Shown here piece by piece: positions 1 through 10,199 of a DNA stretch of 27,415 bases. How positions within the stretch are numbered: position 1 is the first letter of the stretch; each line of letters opens with the position of its first letter. This stretch comes from a virus (Duplodnaviria > Caudoviricetes), in the IMG/VR virus record IMGVR_UViG_3300044216_000066, positions 1 through 27,415 of that record; one strand, 5' to 3'. The notes beneath the pieces were generated by a model. It was not told the DNA's origin. It did not search any database and saw nothing but the letters and a program-made list of their open reading frames with translations. A program made the position numbers and the translations under genes.

Positions 1-54
1 TCTAAACGGCAAGTAAAATTATTACTTTGGTCTTTAATTTCTATTAGATATAGA

Positions 55-60
55 TATAAT
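55..60 (+). promoter_or_regulatory. possible sigma70 -10 hexamer (TATAAT) upstream of helicase
   Basis: Perfect TATAAT at 55-60, 28 nt before the ATG at 89. There is no good -35 and the region is AT-rich. Confidence 0.3.
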
Positions 61-88
61 TATTACTAGAAATTAGAAAGTAGTAAAT

Positions 89-1531
89 ATGCAATATAAA
101 TTTAAGACTAAACCTTATACGCATCAATTAAAAGCGTTAGAAAAATCATGGCGTAAAAAAGAATATGCCTACTTTATGGAAATGGGAACAGGTAAATCAA
201 AAGTTCTCATAGATAATATTGCCATGCTTTATGATAAAGGAGCTATTAATTCTGCTGTTATAGTAGCACCAAAAGGTGTGTATAGAAACTGGTTAGAAAA
301 AGAAATACCTAGTCATATGCCAGACCATATAGAGTATAAAACTGCTATATGGAATCCTGCACCAAATAAAAAACAAAAGAAAGATTTAGTTAGTATATTT
401 GAACCAACTTTTGAATTAAAAATACTTATAGTAAACGTAGAAGCATTTAGCACTAAAAAAGGTGTAACATTTGTAGATAAGTTTGTTTTATCACATTTAT
501 GTCTAGTAGCTGTAGATGAATCTACAACTATAAAAAATCCAAAAGCACAAAGAACAAAGAACTTAATTAAAATAGCAACTAATTCTAAATACAGAAGAAT
601 ACTTACTGGATTCCCTGTTACACGTTCACCATTAGACTTATATAGCCAATGTGCTTTTCTTAATACACATCTATTAGGTTATGGGTCGTATTATTCTTTT
701 CAAAACAGATATGCACAAATTATGAATAGACAATTAGGCACACATAGTTTTAGACAAGTGGTGGGTTATCAAAATCTAGAAGAACTTACTAGCTCATTAG
801 ATTCGTTTTCTTTTAGAGTTTTAAAGAAAGAATGTTTAGACTTACCTGATAAGATATATACAAAAAGAGAAGTAGAACTTACATCAGAACAAAAGAAAGT
901 TTATAAAGAACTAGCAAAATATGCAATAACAGAATTAGAATCACATGAAACTGTTAGTGTTACATCTATACTTACACAAATATTAAGATTACACCAAGTC
1001 GTATGTGGTTTTGTTAAACACGATAAAGGTGAAGAAGTAGAAATTAAAAACAATAGAATAGATGAACTAATTAATGTTTTACAAGAAATACAAGGTAAAA
1101 CAATTATATGGGCTAATTATCAATACGATATAAAAAGAATATTAAAAACTATCCAAGGAATAACAGGTACAGATAGTGTAGCTACTTATTATGGTGATAC
1201 ACCTGACGAAGAAAGACAAGAGATAATACGTAGATTTCAAAATCCTGATTCTGAATTACAGTATTTAATTAGTAATGTACAAACGGGTGGTTATGGTATT
1301 ACTCTAACAGAAGCTAAAAATGTAATCTATTATAGTAACAACTATGATTTAGAAAAACGCTTACAATCAGAAGACCGTGCTCATCGTATAGGTCAAACTA
1401 ATAAAGTTACTTATATTGATTTAGTAGCTAAAGGAACAGTAGACGAAAAAATAGTAAAAGCCTTGCGTAATAAACTAGATTTAGCACAAGAAGTTTTAGG
1501 TGATGAAAAGTGGAAAGATTGGATTAATTAA
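89..1531 (+). CDS. SNF2-family (SF2) phage helicase/ATPase
   Basis: Walker A MEMGTGKS, Walker B VDEST, motif III ILTGFP, motif V QTGGYGITLT, motif VI QSEDRAHRIGQ, and C-terminal GTVDEKIVKAL. Confidence 0.93.
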   Translation: MQYKFKTKPYTHQLKALEKSWRKKEYAYFMEMGTGKSKVLIDNIAMLYDKGAINSAVIVAPKGVYRNWLEKEIPSHMPDHIEYKTAIWNPAPNKKQKKDLVSIFEPTFELKILIVNVEAFSTKKGVTFVDKFVLSHLCLVAVDESTTIKNPKAQRTKNLIKIATNSKYRRILTGFPVTRSPLDLYSQCAFLNTHLLGYGSYYSFQNRYAQIMNRQLGTHSFRQVVGYQNLEELTSSLDSFSFRVLKKECLDLPDKIYTKREVELTSEQKKVYKELAKYAITELESHETVSVTSILTQILRLHQVVCGFVKHDKGEEVEIKNNRIDELINVLQEIQGKTIIWANYQYDIKRILKTIQGITGTDSVATYYGDTPDEERQEIIRRFQNPDSELQYLISNVQTGGYGITLTEAKNVIYYSNNYDLEKRLQSEDRAHRIGQTNKVTYIDLVAKGTVDEKIVKALRNKLDLAQEVLGDEKWKDWIN

Positions 1532-1995
1532 CCGTATTTTTGTTTCATCAAAGAATTTAAACTAATATCTCCGCCGTCTTGCATATCTTTAACAGTTTTA
1601 CCAGTAATCTTTTCAACGACATCTTTGTTTTCTTTTGCTAATGCTTGTAAACCTTCGTTTAATTCACTTGCTTTAATTTCTTTACCGTCTGCTGCTCTTA
1701 TAGGTGTTCTTGCACTACCTTCAATAGTATTCATTACAATCATACTAGCGTTTTGAATTATATCCATCGCTAATTGACCATCACCACCAGACCTTTGTAA
1801 AACAGCCTGAGCAAGTTTTTCAGCGTCTTCTTGTGGATTGACCATTTGTTCAGGAGAACGTTGAGTAACTTCAGGAGCCATATCTTGCATTAAATTTTGA
1901 GGCATAGGCTGTCCTTGTGGCATACCTTGTGGCATACCCTCCATACTTCTGATTTGGTCAAGCCTACTCATTCCCATAATACCGCTGTTATCCAT
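1528..1995 (-). CDS. hypothetical Met/Gln/Pro-rich protein, probable internal virion protein
   Basis: Last gene of the late module, with a GGAG RBS upstream. It has an MPQG tandem repeat (12-nt repeat at 1913-1936) and an MQDGG motif. Confidence 0.7.
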   Translation of the reverse strand: MDNSGIMGMSRLDQIRSMEGMPQGMPQGQPMPQNLMQDMAPEVTQRSPEQMVNPQEDAEKLAQAVLQRSGGDGQLAMDIIQNASMIVMNTIEGSARTPIRAADGKEIKASELNEGLQALAKENKDVVEKITGKTVKDMQDGGDISLNSLMKQKYG

Positions 1996-1996
1996 T

Positions 1997-2782
1997 CTAT
2001 CTCCTTGGTTTAAATCCTCTTTGAAATAATTGTGTTGTCATTGTATCACCTTGTTGACTTTGCGGCAACCTCATAATACCTTTGTTTAATGCACCACCAA
2101 ATTTAAATCCACCTGTTCCATCATCTAAACGTTGTATAGAAAAATCACTACCGTCTGGTCTATCAGGTGGAGGAGGAATATCTGGAGGTGGCATTTTTGG
2201 TAATGGTACAAAAGGTCCAAACATTCCAGGAGCTCTTCCAAAATCTGATGCTCTTATATTTAAACTAACACTTGGAACACCACTGTCATAGTTTCTAGAA
2301 GGTTGGTAAAACGGTCTTCTATTATCTGGTGGAGGAGGAGGTGGTGGAGGTGGTGGAGGTGGTATGACTATAGAATCATCAACTGTACCGTCATCATATA
2401 TATTACGGTCTGGTCCCTGAATACTATCGAAATAATCTATTACGTCTTGTCTATCAGGTCCATCAAAAATTCTACTTGTGCTAAATCTATCACGAATTGG
2501 CAGTTTTATATCTATAATAGGATTATCAAAAACTCCATCGTAAAAATTATCTGTTGGTATGTCCGTTGGGAACTCGCTAACAACAGGGAAATTCAAAAAT
2601 GAGTCCCCTCTAGACATAAAACTATTTTCTAAATCAGTAGCTAAACTGTCTTTAAAATCTGCAACATCTGCTTCATATTGGTCTCTTGCATTATTACGTG
2701 ACATATTTGCATCACGTCTCATATTCATAATAGAACCAATACCCGTGTTTGGTATGTTAAAATCCATGTTTCTAAGTCTCAT
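1997..2782 (-). CDS. hypothetical Pro/Asp-rich protein, probable internal virion protein
   Basis: Coupled to the upstream gene by TAATG, with GGAGG upstream. It carries a 12-Pro run and an FKFGG motif. Confidence 0.7.
   Translation of the reverse strand: MRLRNMDFNIPNTGIGSIMNMRRDANMSRNNARDQYEADVADFKDSLATDLENSFMSRGDSFLNFPVVSEFPTDIPTDNFYDGVFDNPIIDIKLPIRDRFSTSRIFDGPDRQDVIDYFDSIQGPDRNIYDDGTVDDSIVIPPPPPPPPPPPPDNRRPFYQPSRNYDSGVPSVSLNIRASDFGRAPGMFGPFVPLPKMPPPDIPPPPDRPDGSDFSIQRLDDGTGGFKFGGALNKGIMRLPQSQQGDTMTTQLFQRGFKPRR
2327..2362 (-). repeat. (CCA/CCT)12 poly-proline tract
   Basis: Twelve consecutive tgg/agg triplets on the + strand. Confidence 0.9.
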
Positions 2783-5700
2783 TAGTAAACACCTCCTGCA
2801 ACAACATCCATAGCAGGGTTTATAATTGCATTTCTACGTATGATGTTTTGATATTCTTCATCATCTTCTGGTAAAAGTAAAACTTTTTGATAAATATCAT
2901 AATTACCTTTTTCAGTTCCTAAATCTTGATAAACCACCATACCATAACCAGACATTATATTTACCATTCTGTCATAAGAAATTTGACCCTCATAAAACTT
3001 TTTATAAGCATCATAATATTTTTTATCTGTTAACATAAAACCTATATGTTTTCTCGACCTTTGAACTTGTGAGTTAGTCAAAGCTGTTATTCTTCTACCT
3101 AAGATAGTAAGTGGAGCAATTAACATTCTTTGTAAAAATCTAGCGTTTTCTAAATTACCGCCTGCTTTATATTCACCCCCCATAACTTGATTTACTACTG
3201 ATGGACTAGGAGCCTGACCTACCTCTCTTAGTATCATTTCATTTACAAGTTTTAAATTTTTAACATATTCGTCAGCAGCTTCATCACCACCTAATAACGG
3301 TCTGAAAAAATTATCAAAAGTTAATTTTTCACCAACCATGTCTTCAGGTCCAAAACCTTTGTATAATAAGTCATTCAAAGCAAAAGCATCAAAAGTAAAT
3401 TGTTCGCCTCTTCTTCCAGTTGGTTTAAGAACTTGTTGTAAAATATATTTTTTAACAACTTCTGACATTTGTTCTTTTAAAGCTGGATTATCAGCGACTA
3501 AGTCGCTAAAATATTTAATATCGTCTAATAAAATACCAGATTCTTTTTGTGTTTTACTTGCATTAAGAAGATTAGTAACAATATTAAATGCTCTAGTTTC
3601 TGGGTTACCCACATTACTTACACCAAACCTAGATGTTAATTTTAATAAATCACGATTTCTGTTTTCTAACGGTTCAATAATTTCTTTAATAAATTTTTTA
3701 GGGTTTAAAAATAATGATTTATCGTCATCGCCAAAAATTAATTTTAAAGTGCCTTCGTTTTCTTTGACAAATTTTCTATAATCACTTGCTCGTTGTAACG
3801 TGCTTTTTGTTGTATCTTCGAAAAATTGTTTTTCAAGATATCTTGCAACACCTAATTGAACTTGGTAAACTTCATCCTCGCCACCCTCTTTTAATATACG
3901 CATCAGAGGTTCTAATTTTGAGTTAGTAGTTGCAAATTTTGAATTAGTGCTTAATATATATTGTGCAACACTTTCAGGTTCAGTTCTTAATACTTGTTGC
4001 ACTATATCGGAATAAGAATCTTGTATAGCTCGTTTTTGTGCAGACCAAGCCAAAATTAAATCATCACCAAAACCAGTTCTACGTCTTTCTGCTTTTATTT
4101 GAGCTTTTGTTGGTTTTACGACACCTTGTTTAATTAGAGATTGACTTACGCCTTCGTCTAATAATGCATCTATTTGTAATTCAAAACCTCTTTCTAAATC
4201 TCTAGCTAATCGTGTAGCTTTTGGAAACTTATCAGCATATCTACTAGCGAAATCGTTCAATGCAACTCTTGCATTATGAAGTTCATTTAATGTAAAACCT
4301 AATTCTTCTGCGTTAGCATAACCACCTTTTTTACCATAACCCCTTATTCTTCGTAATGTTTCACCACCTTGTGTTCCTAATAATTCATCTAAAACTTTTT
4401 TAGCATCTTTATCGCCAAAACTTGCAAATAATTTATCTGTTTTACCTTTTGTTGCAGCAACCCATTTATTAGCAGGACCTCTTAAAAAACCAGCACCAGT
4501 AACTATATTGTCATAAATAGGATTGTTCAAAGCATTTTGCATATTTATATTAGCTTCATCCATGTATTCGTTACGTAATTTATTTAGATAAGTTGTCGTT
4601 CTTTCAAACGCAGGTGTACTAGCATTAGGGTCATATACTTCTTTTAATAGAATATTACCAGTGCTTTCTACAGCACCTCCTACAGGCATAGATGATGTTA
4701 CTTTATTAAGCATAGTTTCCATTTCATTAGCAATAAAATCAAAATCTTTTTGAGCTAAACCACTTAAACCTTCTGCAAGGTCGGCAGCAGTTGTATTTGT
4801 AAGTTTTCCAGATACAGCTTGTATTAACTTATTTATAACTTCTACATTACCCTCTTTAATAGCTATATATGTTTTCTTTAACTCGTCGTTTTCGGCATAT
4901 TTTAAAAATATAGTTTCTAAATCTGCAGCTTCAATAGTTTGTGACCGACCTGATAGTGTGGGGTTATATTGAGCTAAATCTACTTGCATCAGTCTTGCTA
5001 ATTCTGCAATACCCTCATCTATTTCTGCTCTATCTGATGCGTTATAATCTATTCCACCTGATGGACCACCTTTTTCTCTAGCTCTATTTTCTTTATATAA
5101 ATCATCTATTTTTTCAAAATAATTATCAGGCACATCTTTACCTGTAATCATTTTCCAAATTTTTGGTATTACTTGGGCTGCAGTATTAATCACAGCAGTG
5201 CCACCGAATGTTATAGCACCTATCAATCCAGATTCTTTCATAATATCATCAAAATCCCTATCATGAGAACCTAAGGCGTTACCAACACTTAATCTAACAA
5301 AATCACCACCAGTTGCACCTGCAGCCGCTAATGCAGAAAGACCTAATATTTTTTTACCTTTACCGACAATCCTTTCATCAGAAGCTCTAAAAAGTCCTTT
5401 CAAACCTGTAGCACCAGCCTCAACTTTTTTTGTGCCATAAAGAGTTAAATATAGTTCTGCACCTAAAGCAGGAACTTCTTGAATAATAAAGTTAAATAAA
5501 TCTTCTTCTGAAACACCTGGACTATTAAGTATTTGCCAGTCTTGACCTTCAGGTTTTATTATAACACCTAAGTTAGGGTTATTAGGACTAGCATATGCAA
5601 ACTCGGCATTTATACCATATTTATCAGCTAAAAATTTATAATCATTTGTTGTCATACTTCTTGGATTTAAAGCTCTATCGAATAAAAATCTACGACCTTC

Positions 5701-6237
5701 TTTTGTATCAGAAAACCTATATTCTATTTGTGGATTAAAACCCAATGATGCTAATACTTTACTTTTTGCAGCAGGTGCAAGACCAAAACCTGTGTCATCA
5801 GCTCCTAGTAAAGTTGGTTCAATTCTTTTATCTATTTCGTTTTGGTCTAAAGGATTATAAGGAACAAAAATACCTAATGCCTCATTTTGTCTAATAAGTT
5901 TCGCTTCTTCTGAATTATATATATTTTGTCTTTCAGTAAATTCTGGGAAAAACACTTCAGCAGACCACTCTATAGGTCTTCTATTATATATACCTACTCT
6001 ATTTTCAAAATCCACTGAATTCACATATTGATTAACACTATCTAAACCAAAGATATTTATAGCTTGGGCTTTAAGTTCTGGATTATATTGTAAAGCTAAT
6101 GCCTCTAGTTCTGCATCAGAAAGTAAATCGCCGTATTTTACATTCGGGTTATCTTTTAAAGGTTGTTTTGCTAAGTCATTCGCAACATTTATACGAAACT
6201 GATTATATTCAGCCATTTGTACATTATCAGTTGCCAT
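2782..6237 (-). CDS. large (1151 aa) probable internal virion/DNA ejection protein
   Basis: Long, apparently helical ORF with Gly/Ala-rich hydrophobic segments (LGLSALAAAGATGG, GLIGAITFGGTAVI). It follows smaller ejection-like genes. I recognised no enzyme motif. Confidence 0.6.
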   Translation of the reverse strand: MATDNVQMAEYNQFRINVANDLAKQPLKDNPNVKYGDLLSDAELEALALQYNPELKAQAINIFGLDSVNQYVNSVDFENRVGIYNRRPIEWSAEVFFPEFTERQNIYNSEEAKLIRQNEALGIFVPYNPLDQNEIDKRIEPTLLGADDTGFGLAPAAKSKVLASLGFNPQIEYRFSDTKEGRRFLFDRALNPRSMTTNDYKFLADKYGINAEFAYASPNNPNLGVIIKPEGQDWQILNSPGVSEEDLFNFIIQEVPALGAELYLTLYGTKKVEAGATGLKGLFRASDERIVGKGKKILGLSALAAAGATGGDFVRLSVGNALGSHDRDFDDIMKESGLIGAITFGGTAVINTAAQVIPKIWKMITGKDVPDNYFEKIDDLYKENRAREKGGPSGGIDYNASDRAEIDEGIAELARLMQVDLAQYNPTLSGRSQTIEAADLETIFLKYAENDELKKTYIAIKEGNVEVINKLIQAVSGKLTNTTAADLAEGLSGLAQKDFDFIANEMETMLNKVTSSMPVGGAVESTGNILLKEVYDPNASTPAFERTTTYLNKLRNEYMDEANINMQNALNNPIYDNIVTGAGFLRGPANKWVAATKGKTDKLFASFGDKDAKKVLDELLGTQGGETLRRIRGYGKKGGYANAEELGFTLNELHNARVALNDFASRYADKFPKATRLARDLERGFELQIDALLDEGVSQSLIKQGVVKPTKAQIKAERRRTGFGDDLILAWSAQKRAIQDSYSDIVQQVLRTEPESVAQYILSTNSKFATTNSKLEPLMRILKEGGEDEVYQVQLGVARYLEKQFFEDTTKSTLQRASDYRKFVKENEGTLKLIFGDDDKSLFLNPKKFIKEIIEPLENRNRDLLKLTSRFGVSNVGNPETRAFNIVTNLLNASKTQKESGILLDDIKYFSDLVADNPALKEQMSEVVKKYILQQVLKPTGRRGEQFTFDAFALNDLLYKGFGPEDMVGEKLTFDNFFRPLLGGDEAADEYVKNLKLVNEMILREVGQAPSPSVVNQVMGGEYKAGGNLENARFLQRMLIAPLTILGRRITALTNSQVQRSRKHIGFMLTDKKYYDAYKKFYEGQISYDRMVNIMSGYGMVVYQDLGTEKGNYDIYQKVLLLPEDDEEYQNIIRRNAIINPAMDVVAGGVY

Positions 6238-7964
6238 TATTTTTTATATAAATTATTGATACCCTCTATATCATTTTTAATCGTATTTTGTAGTGCTTCA
6301 TCACTAAGGACTTCTCTCGGTCCTATGGAAGTTGTAACAGAACGTGTATAAAAATTAGGGTCAGTCGTAAACGTTCTAAACTGGTTTATAATTTTATTAC
6401 CTTTATTATAAGGTCTATCAAAAAATCCGATAAATTGATATCCTTCTACATCAGAAAAATTATAATCATCAGAGCCTTCTAGTTTACTAGGTTTATAAAA
6501 ATCAGTAATTAAATTTAGATTATTATCATTATTTGTTCTAACCATATGTCTAATAATACTCGTAGGTATTTCACGTTGAGTAGTAGAATCTAAGCCAGTC
6601 ACCATTTGGTCAGCTACCCTTAGTAAATTATGGTATGCAACATTCGCGTCTTGTGTAGCATCAAAACCAACAATGTTTAAATGATAAGCTAAATCTTTAT
6701 CAGATAAAGTTCTACCTGTTTGACCATTAATCGCTGCTAACATATACGCCATTTGTAAAAAGTTAGCTCTAGTTCTTACATTATTAAATGAAACTTGACC
6801 AAGTTTATTTGAAAAATCACCTAAGAAACTAGGTTGTGTAGCCACTAATGTATCAAATTGTGCATTTAAAGCAGCGATTGCATTTTCGTCATCAGGGTTT
6901 GCAAGATAAGTCTCTAATGCATTAAACGTACTTTCTGCGATTTGACCACTACCTTTTAATGTACCTCCCTCATCATTTTTAGAAAATATAGCCGACATAT
7001 CATCAGCACCTGTACCATATCTTGTGCCAAAAAATGCACCTATCTGTCTAAAATTAGCCCCCATGCTATTAGCAAAATTTGCTATATCAGATACAGCTGT
7101 AATACCTGATTTCGAAGGGTCATCTATTGCTGTTTTCAACATATTAAGTTGTGGCACAGCTACATTTAAAAACTGTATTGCGGCTATATCTTTATTTTTG
7201 ATTTCATCAAAAGATTGCAAGAAATTTTTAGATATTGGGTCATTCATAGAACCTGCACTAGCAGAATCAGCATCAATATACCTAATCCAATTATTACCTG
7301 CAAGTTCTAACTCACCTTCATCATTAAATAAGTACGGTCTCCCACCTTCGTATTGAGACGTAGTTTTATTAAAAACAACAGCAGGTTTGACAATACTCAC
7401 ACCAGCATTTCTTTGTGCATCAACATCTAAAACATTAATGAATGAAGAAGTTGGTGTATCTTCTTTTAAGAACTCTTTTATTAGTTGACCTCTTTGTTGG
7501 TTTAGAAGTCTTTTTCTTTCGTTTTCAGCACCTCTAATACTTAATGCAGATTGTACATAGGCAGGAGCACCACGACCCATTTGCGAAGCAGCTACCAAAT
7601 TAAATAAATCTTCACCTTTAAAACCACCAACATCTTGTTGAGGACCATATGCAGCAAATGCTGCAACTTGTGCTTGTTCTTCTCTTGATAAATCTTCAGG
7701 GTCAGCACCTATACTTTTTATATAATCACCAACCGTCATCTCAGGTTGTCTTCTATCAGTGAAAAAATTAGTTGCACCTGATACTAACAAAGGTAAAATA
7801 CCTGCTATCTTTTCTTTTGTAGTTGGCTCTGGTGGTCTACGAACAGGTCCTCTAGCCGTTGGAAACGCAGTTCTAACTTGTGGTATCTGTATAGGTGTTA
7901 CTCCTCCGAAGTCTTTTTGACCACCGAAAGTTGGAAAAGCTAATCCTCTTATGCCATTAGCCAT
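6237..7964 (-). CDS. probable internal virion/ejection protein (~575 aa)
   Basis: The ATG at 7964 overlaps the upstream stop (TATGGCTAA); the track start at 7973 is a GTG. TAATG coupling downstream. Function inferred from synteny. Confidence 0.6.
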   Translation of the reverse strand: MANGIRGLAFPTFGGQKDFGGVTPIQIPQVRTAFPTARGPVRRPPEPTTKEKIAGILPLLVSGATNFFTDRRQPEMTVGDYIKSIGADPEDLSREEQAQVAAFAAYGPQQDVGGFKGEDLFNLVAASQMGRGAPAYVQSALSIRGAENERKRLLNQQRGQLIKEFLKEDTPTSSFINVLDVDAQRNAGVSIVKPAVVFNKTTSQYEGGRPYLFNDEGELELAGNNWIRYIDADSASAGSMNDPISKNFLQSFDEIKNKDIAAIQFLNVAVPQLNMLKTAIDDPSKSGITAVSDIANFANSMGANFRQIGAFFGTRYGTGADDMSAIFSKNDEGGTLKGSGQIAESTFNALETYLANPDDENAIAALNAQFDTLVATQPSFLGDFSNKLGQVSFNNVRTRANFLQMAYMLAAINGQTGRTLSDKDLAYHLNIVGFDATQDANVAYHNLLRVADQMVTGLDSTTQREIPTSIIRHMVRTNNDNNLNLITDFYKPSKLEGSDDYNFSDVEGYQFIGFFDRPYNKGNKIINQFRTFTTDPNFYTRSVTTSIGPREVLSDEALQNTIKNDIEGINNLYKK

Positions 7965-9372
7965 ATAAAGCACCTATACCTAGTTGTTGTGGACTAAATG
8001 ATGAACCGAATGGTGTACCGAACTGATTTGAAAATGAGCCTAAACCTTGTTGAAATGGTAACGTATTAGTTCCTATAGGACTACCAGTTAAATTAGCAAA
8101 TTGATTAGGTGTATAGCTTTGATTAACACTCGGTGTGGCACCCGCATAGCCGAAGCCACCTGCAAGAGGTCCAAGTGATGCTGTTAAACCACCAAGATTT
8201 TGTATTAATTGCATTGGTAAATTATATTGACCTGTAAAGTTTGCATAATCTAAATCCATCAATGACTGACTTCTACCCCTACCTAAACCACCGAATTGTA
8301 ATGTACGGTTGATGTCTGCTTGTTGTAGTGCTGGTAAGTTTTGTGCCATTTGACCAAACTGATTACCTAAACTTGCTAAACCTTGACTACCTTGGAATCC
8401 CATGCCGAACTGTTGTTGTCCTAATCGTCCTAATTGGTTACCTCTAGCTAATGCTGTTTGTGCCTCCTGACTTGCAAGTGCACCTTCTTGTCCTGCTAAT
8501 CTTCCTAATTGACCTGCTCTGCCTAATGCAGCTTGGGCTCCTTGTCCTGCGAAAGCTCCTCTTTGTCCTGCTAGTTGTGATTGTAAACCTGCAAATCCTG
8601 CTCGTCTTCTCATTTGATTTTCGAATGCTTGTTGTGCCCTGTTGGCTGCGTCTTGGAAGCCACCACTACGTATTGCACCAATAGCCTCACCTGCACCTCT
8701 GCCTGTTTGTCTAGCAAGTTCTTCTTGGGCTATCCTTCCCCTAGAACCACCAAAAGCTCCTTGACTTATAGCTCTATCACGTAATCCTATATCTGCTTGG
8801 GAAAACCCTCTATTAATATCCTCTAAAGTTTGTTGTACTACAGCTTCTTCGAATGGGTTGTAAAAACCACCTATACCTCTTGGGTCAAAACCAGCAGTAG
8901 AACCAAAACCACTAAGTTCTGCTCTACCTAAACCTCTAAGTGCACCGCTGTAATCAGGAACAGCATCACCAAGTTCAGATACAGAACTAGCAATACCTGT
9001 TCTAGCTCCTCTAAAATCTGGTACAGCTCCTCTGATTTGTGAAATAGCTTCGCCTGTTGTTCTAGAGCCCATGCCTTGTCCTTGTCCGAGAACTTGACTT
9101 GCCTCATTTAATAATCCTGCTTGTCTACCTAAATAAGGTCTATAACTACCTATAGCACTATCAGATAATTGAAACGCTAACCGTTCTCTTGGGTCAAAAT
9201 CAGCAACTCTTTGCCCTGTATAAGTAAAAGGAGAACTATCTTCTCTACCTAAATTAGCGAACTGGTCTCTAAAATACTGTGTCGCATAAGGAAATATAGT
9301 TTGTGATAATAAATCACCTATATACCCTGCGGGGGCTTGACTGGAATATTCTTGTTCTTCTCTACTAGCCAT
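7957..9372 (-). CDS. Gly/Ala/Gln-rich DNA ejection (pilot/DNA-transfer-like) protein
   Basis: The YNPFEEAVVQQ...GAFGGSR block and GQ/AQ-rich helical repeats resemble podovirus DNA-transfer proteins. Internal duplications include AVPDF/AVPDY and GQLGRLA/NQLGRLG. Confidence 0.65.
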   Translation of the reverse strand: MASREEQEYSSQAPAGYIGDLLSQTIFPYATQYFRDQFANLGREDSSPFTYTGQRVADFDPRERLAFQLSDSAIGSYRPYLGRQAGLLNEASQVLGQGQGMGSRTTGEAISQIRGAVPDFRGARTGIASSVSELGDAVPDYSGALRGLGRAELSGFGSTAGFDPRGIGGFYNPFEEAVVQQTLEDINRGFSQADIGLRDRAISQGAFGGSRGRIAQEELARQTGRGAGEAIGAIRSGGFQDAANRAQQAFENQMRRRAGFAGLQSQLAGQRGAFAGQGAQAALGRAGQLGRLAGQEGALASQEAQTALARGNQLGRLGQQQFGMGFQGSQGLASLGNQFGQMAQNLPALQQADINRTLQFGGLGRGRSQSLMDLDYANFTGQYNLPMQLIQNLGGLTASLGPLAGGFGYAGATPSVNQSYTPNQFANLTGSPIGTNTLPFQQGLGSFSNQFGTPFGSSFSPQQLGIGALYG

Positions 9373-10150
9373 ACATTCTATTTCCTTTGTTATTAATTTT
9401 TTCTAATGCAGCAATACCTTTACTGTGGTCACCACCACCTAACATATCTACTGTAGCTTTAGATAACATAAATTCACCATCACTCGCCATGATAGGTATC
9501 ATATCATCTTTTGGTCCTCCTGGACCGTCAAGTTCACCACCGCCTATCAAGGGTTTGAACATTTGTCTATTTAAAACGCCACCATCATCCATACCTATAG
9601 GCTCAAACTGAAATCTTCTCCTATTTGCATTGCCTGCAGGTAGTGTTCGTGTAGATACTTGACTGCCTGGTCTTTTTTCTTGTTTTTGTAACAAGGCACC
9701 AAGGATACCTTTAAACCCACCAGTTAAAGCATTTTGTAAATCAGCTAAATCTTCGTTTTCGTATATTTCTGCTAGTATTCCTCTTAAACCTTGTGGCATA
9801 GTATTTAAAGTATCAAATATACTTGATATACCGCCACCGTTTGCGTATCTATGTATATTTCCTCCATGATACATACCCATAATACCTTCTTGTTGTTGTA
9901 ATAACATTTGCAACAACATTTCTTCATCTACATCAGATAAAGAACGACCCTCTTCTCCTTTTGATGCCATCTCAGGTGTTTTCGCTTGTGTTCCTAAAAT
10001 TTCTTGTATTTCTATAGGAATACCTGAATCTAAAGAAGGTGCAGTACCACTGCCAATCATAGCCTTTTGTTTAGGTGCTCGTTTACGTGCTATTTCATTA
10101 GTAACTAAGTTTCCCGCAATACCGACTAAAACTGGAATAAGAGGATTCAT
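9365..10150 (-). CDS. probable internal virion protein
   Basis: AAGGAG RBS and a hydrophobic N-terminus. GPGGPKDDMIPIMASDGEFML resembles the GPGTGTSDSIPAxLSxGEFV motif of phage virion proteins. It has MYHGG, YANGG and MDDGG motifs. Confidence 0.65.
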   Translation of the reverse strand: MNPLIPVLVGIAGNLVTNEIARKRAPKQKAMIGSGTAPSLDSGIPIEIQEILGTQAKTPEMASKGEEGRSLSDVDEEMLLQMLLQQQEGIMGMYHGGNIHRYANGGGISSIFDTLNTMPQGLRGILAEIYENEDLADLQNALTGGFKGILGALLQKQEKRPGSQVSTRTLPAGNANRRRFQFEPIGMDDGGVLNRQMFKPLIGGGELDGPGGPKDDMIPIMASDGEFMLSKATVDMLGGGDHSKGIAALEKINNKGNRMYG

Positions 10151-10170
10151 TTTTATTCTCCTTTTGACTG

Positions 10171-10199
10171 ATTATATATCAAATAGTGTATATTATTAA
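10171..10199 (-). promoter_or_regulatory. candidate internal promoter TTAATA-N17-TATAAT
   Basis: On the minus strand, TTAATA (10199-10194), a 17-nt spacer and TATAAT (10176-10171) precede the RBS of the ejection-gene block. The same layout occurs at 23381-23409. Confidence 0.4.

Noticed and set aside
2782-7964. Virion RNA polymerase or lytic transglycosylase domain in the large internal proteins
   Set aside because: I could not recognise DxDGD or SLT/lysozyme motifs; a profile search would be needed to exclude them fully.
7957-9372. Shared C-terminal YG in three internal proteins as a targeting signal
   Set aside because: Two of the three are explained by TATGGCTAR overlaps with the next ATG-GCT start.
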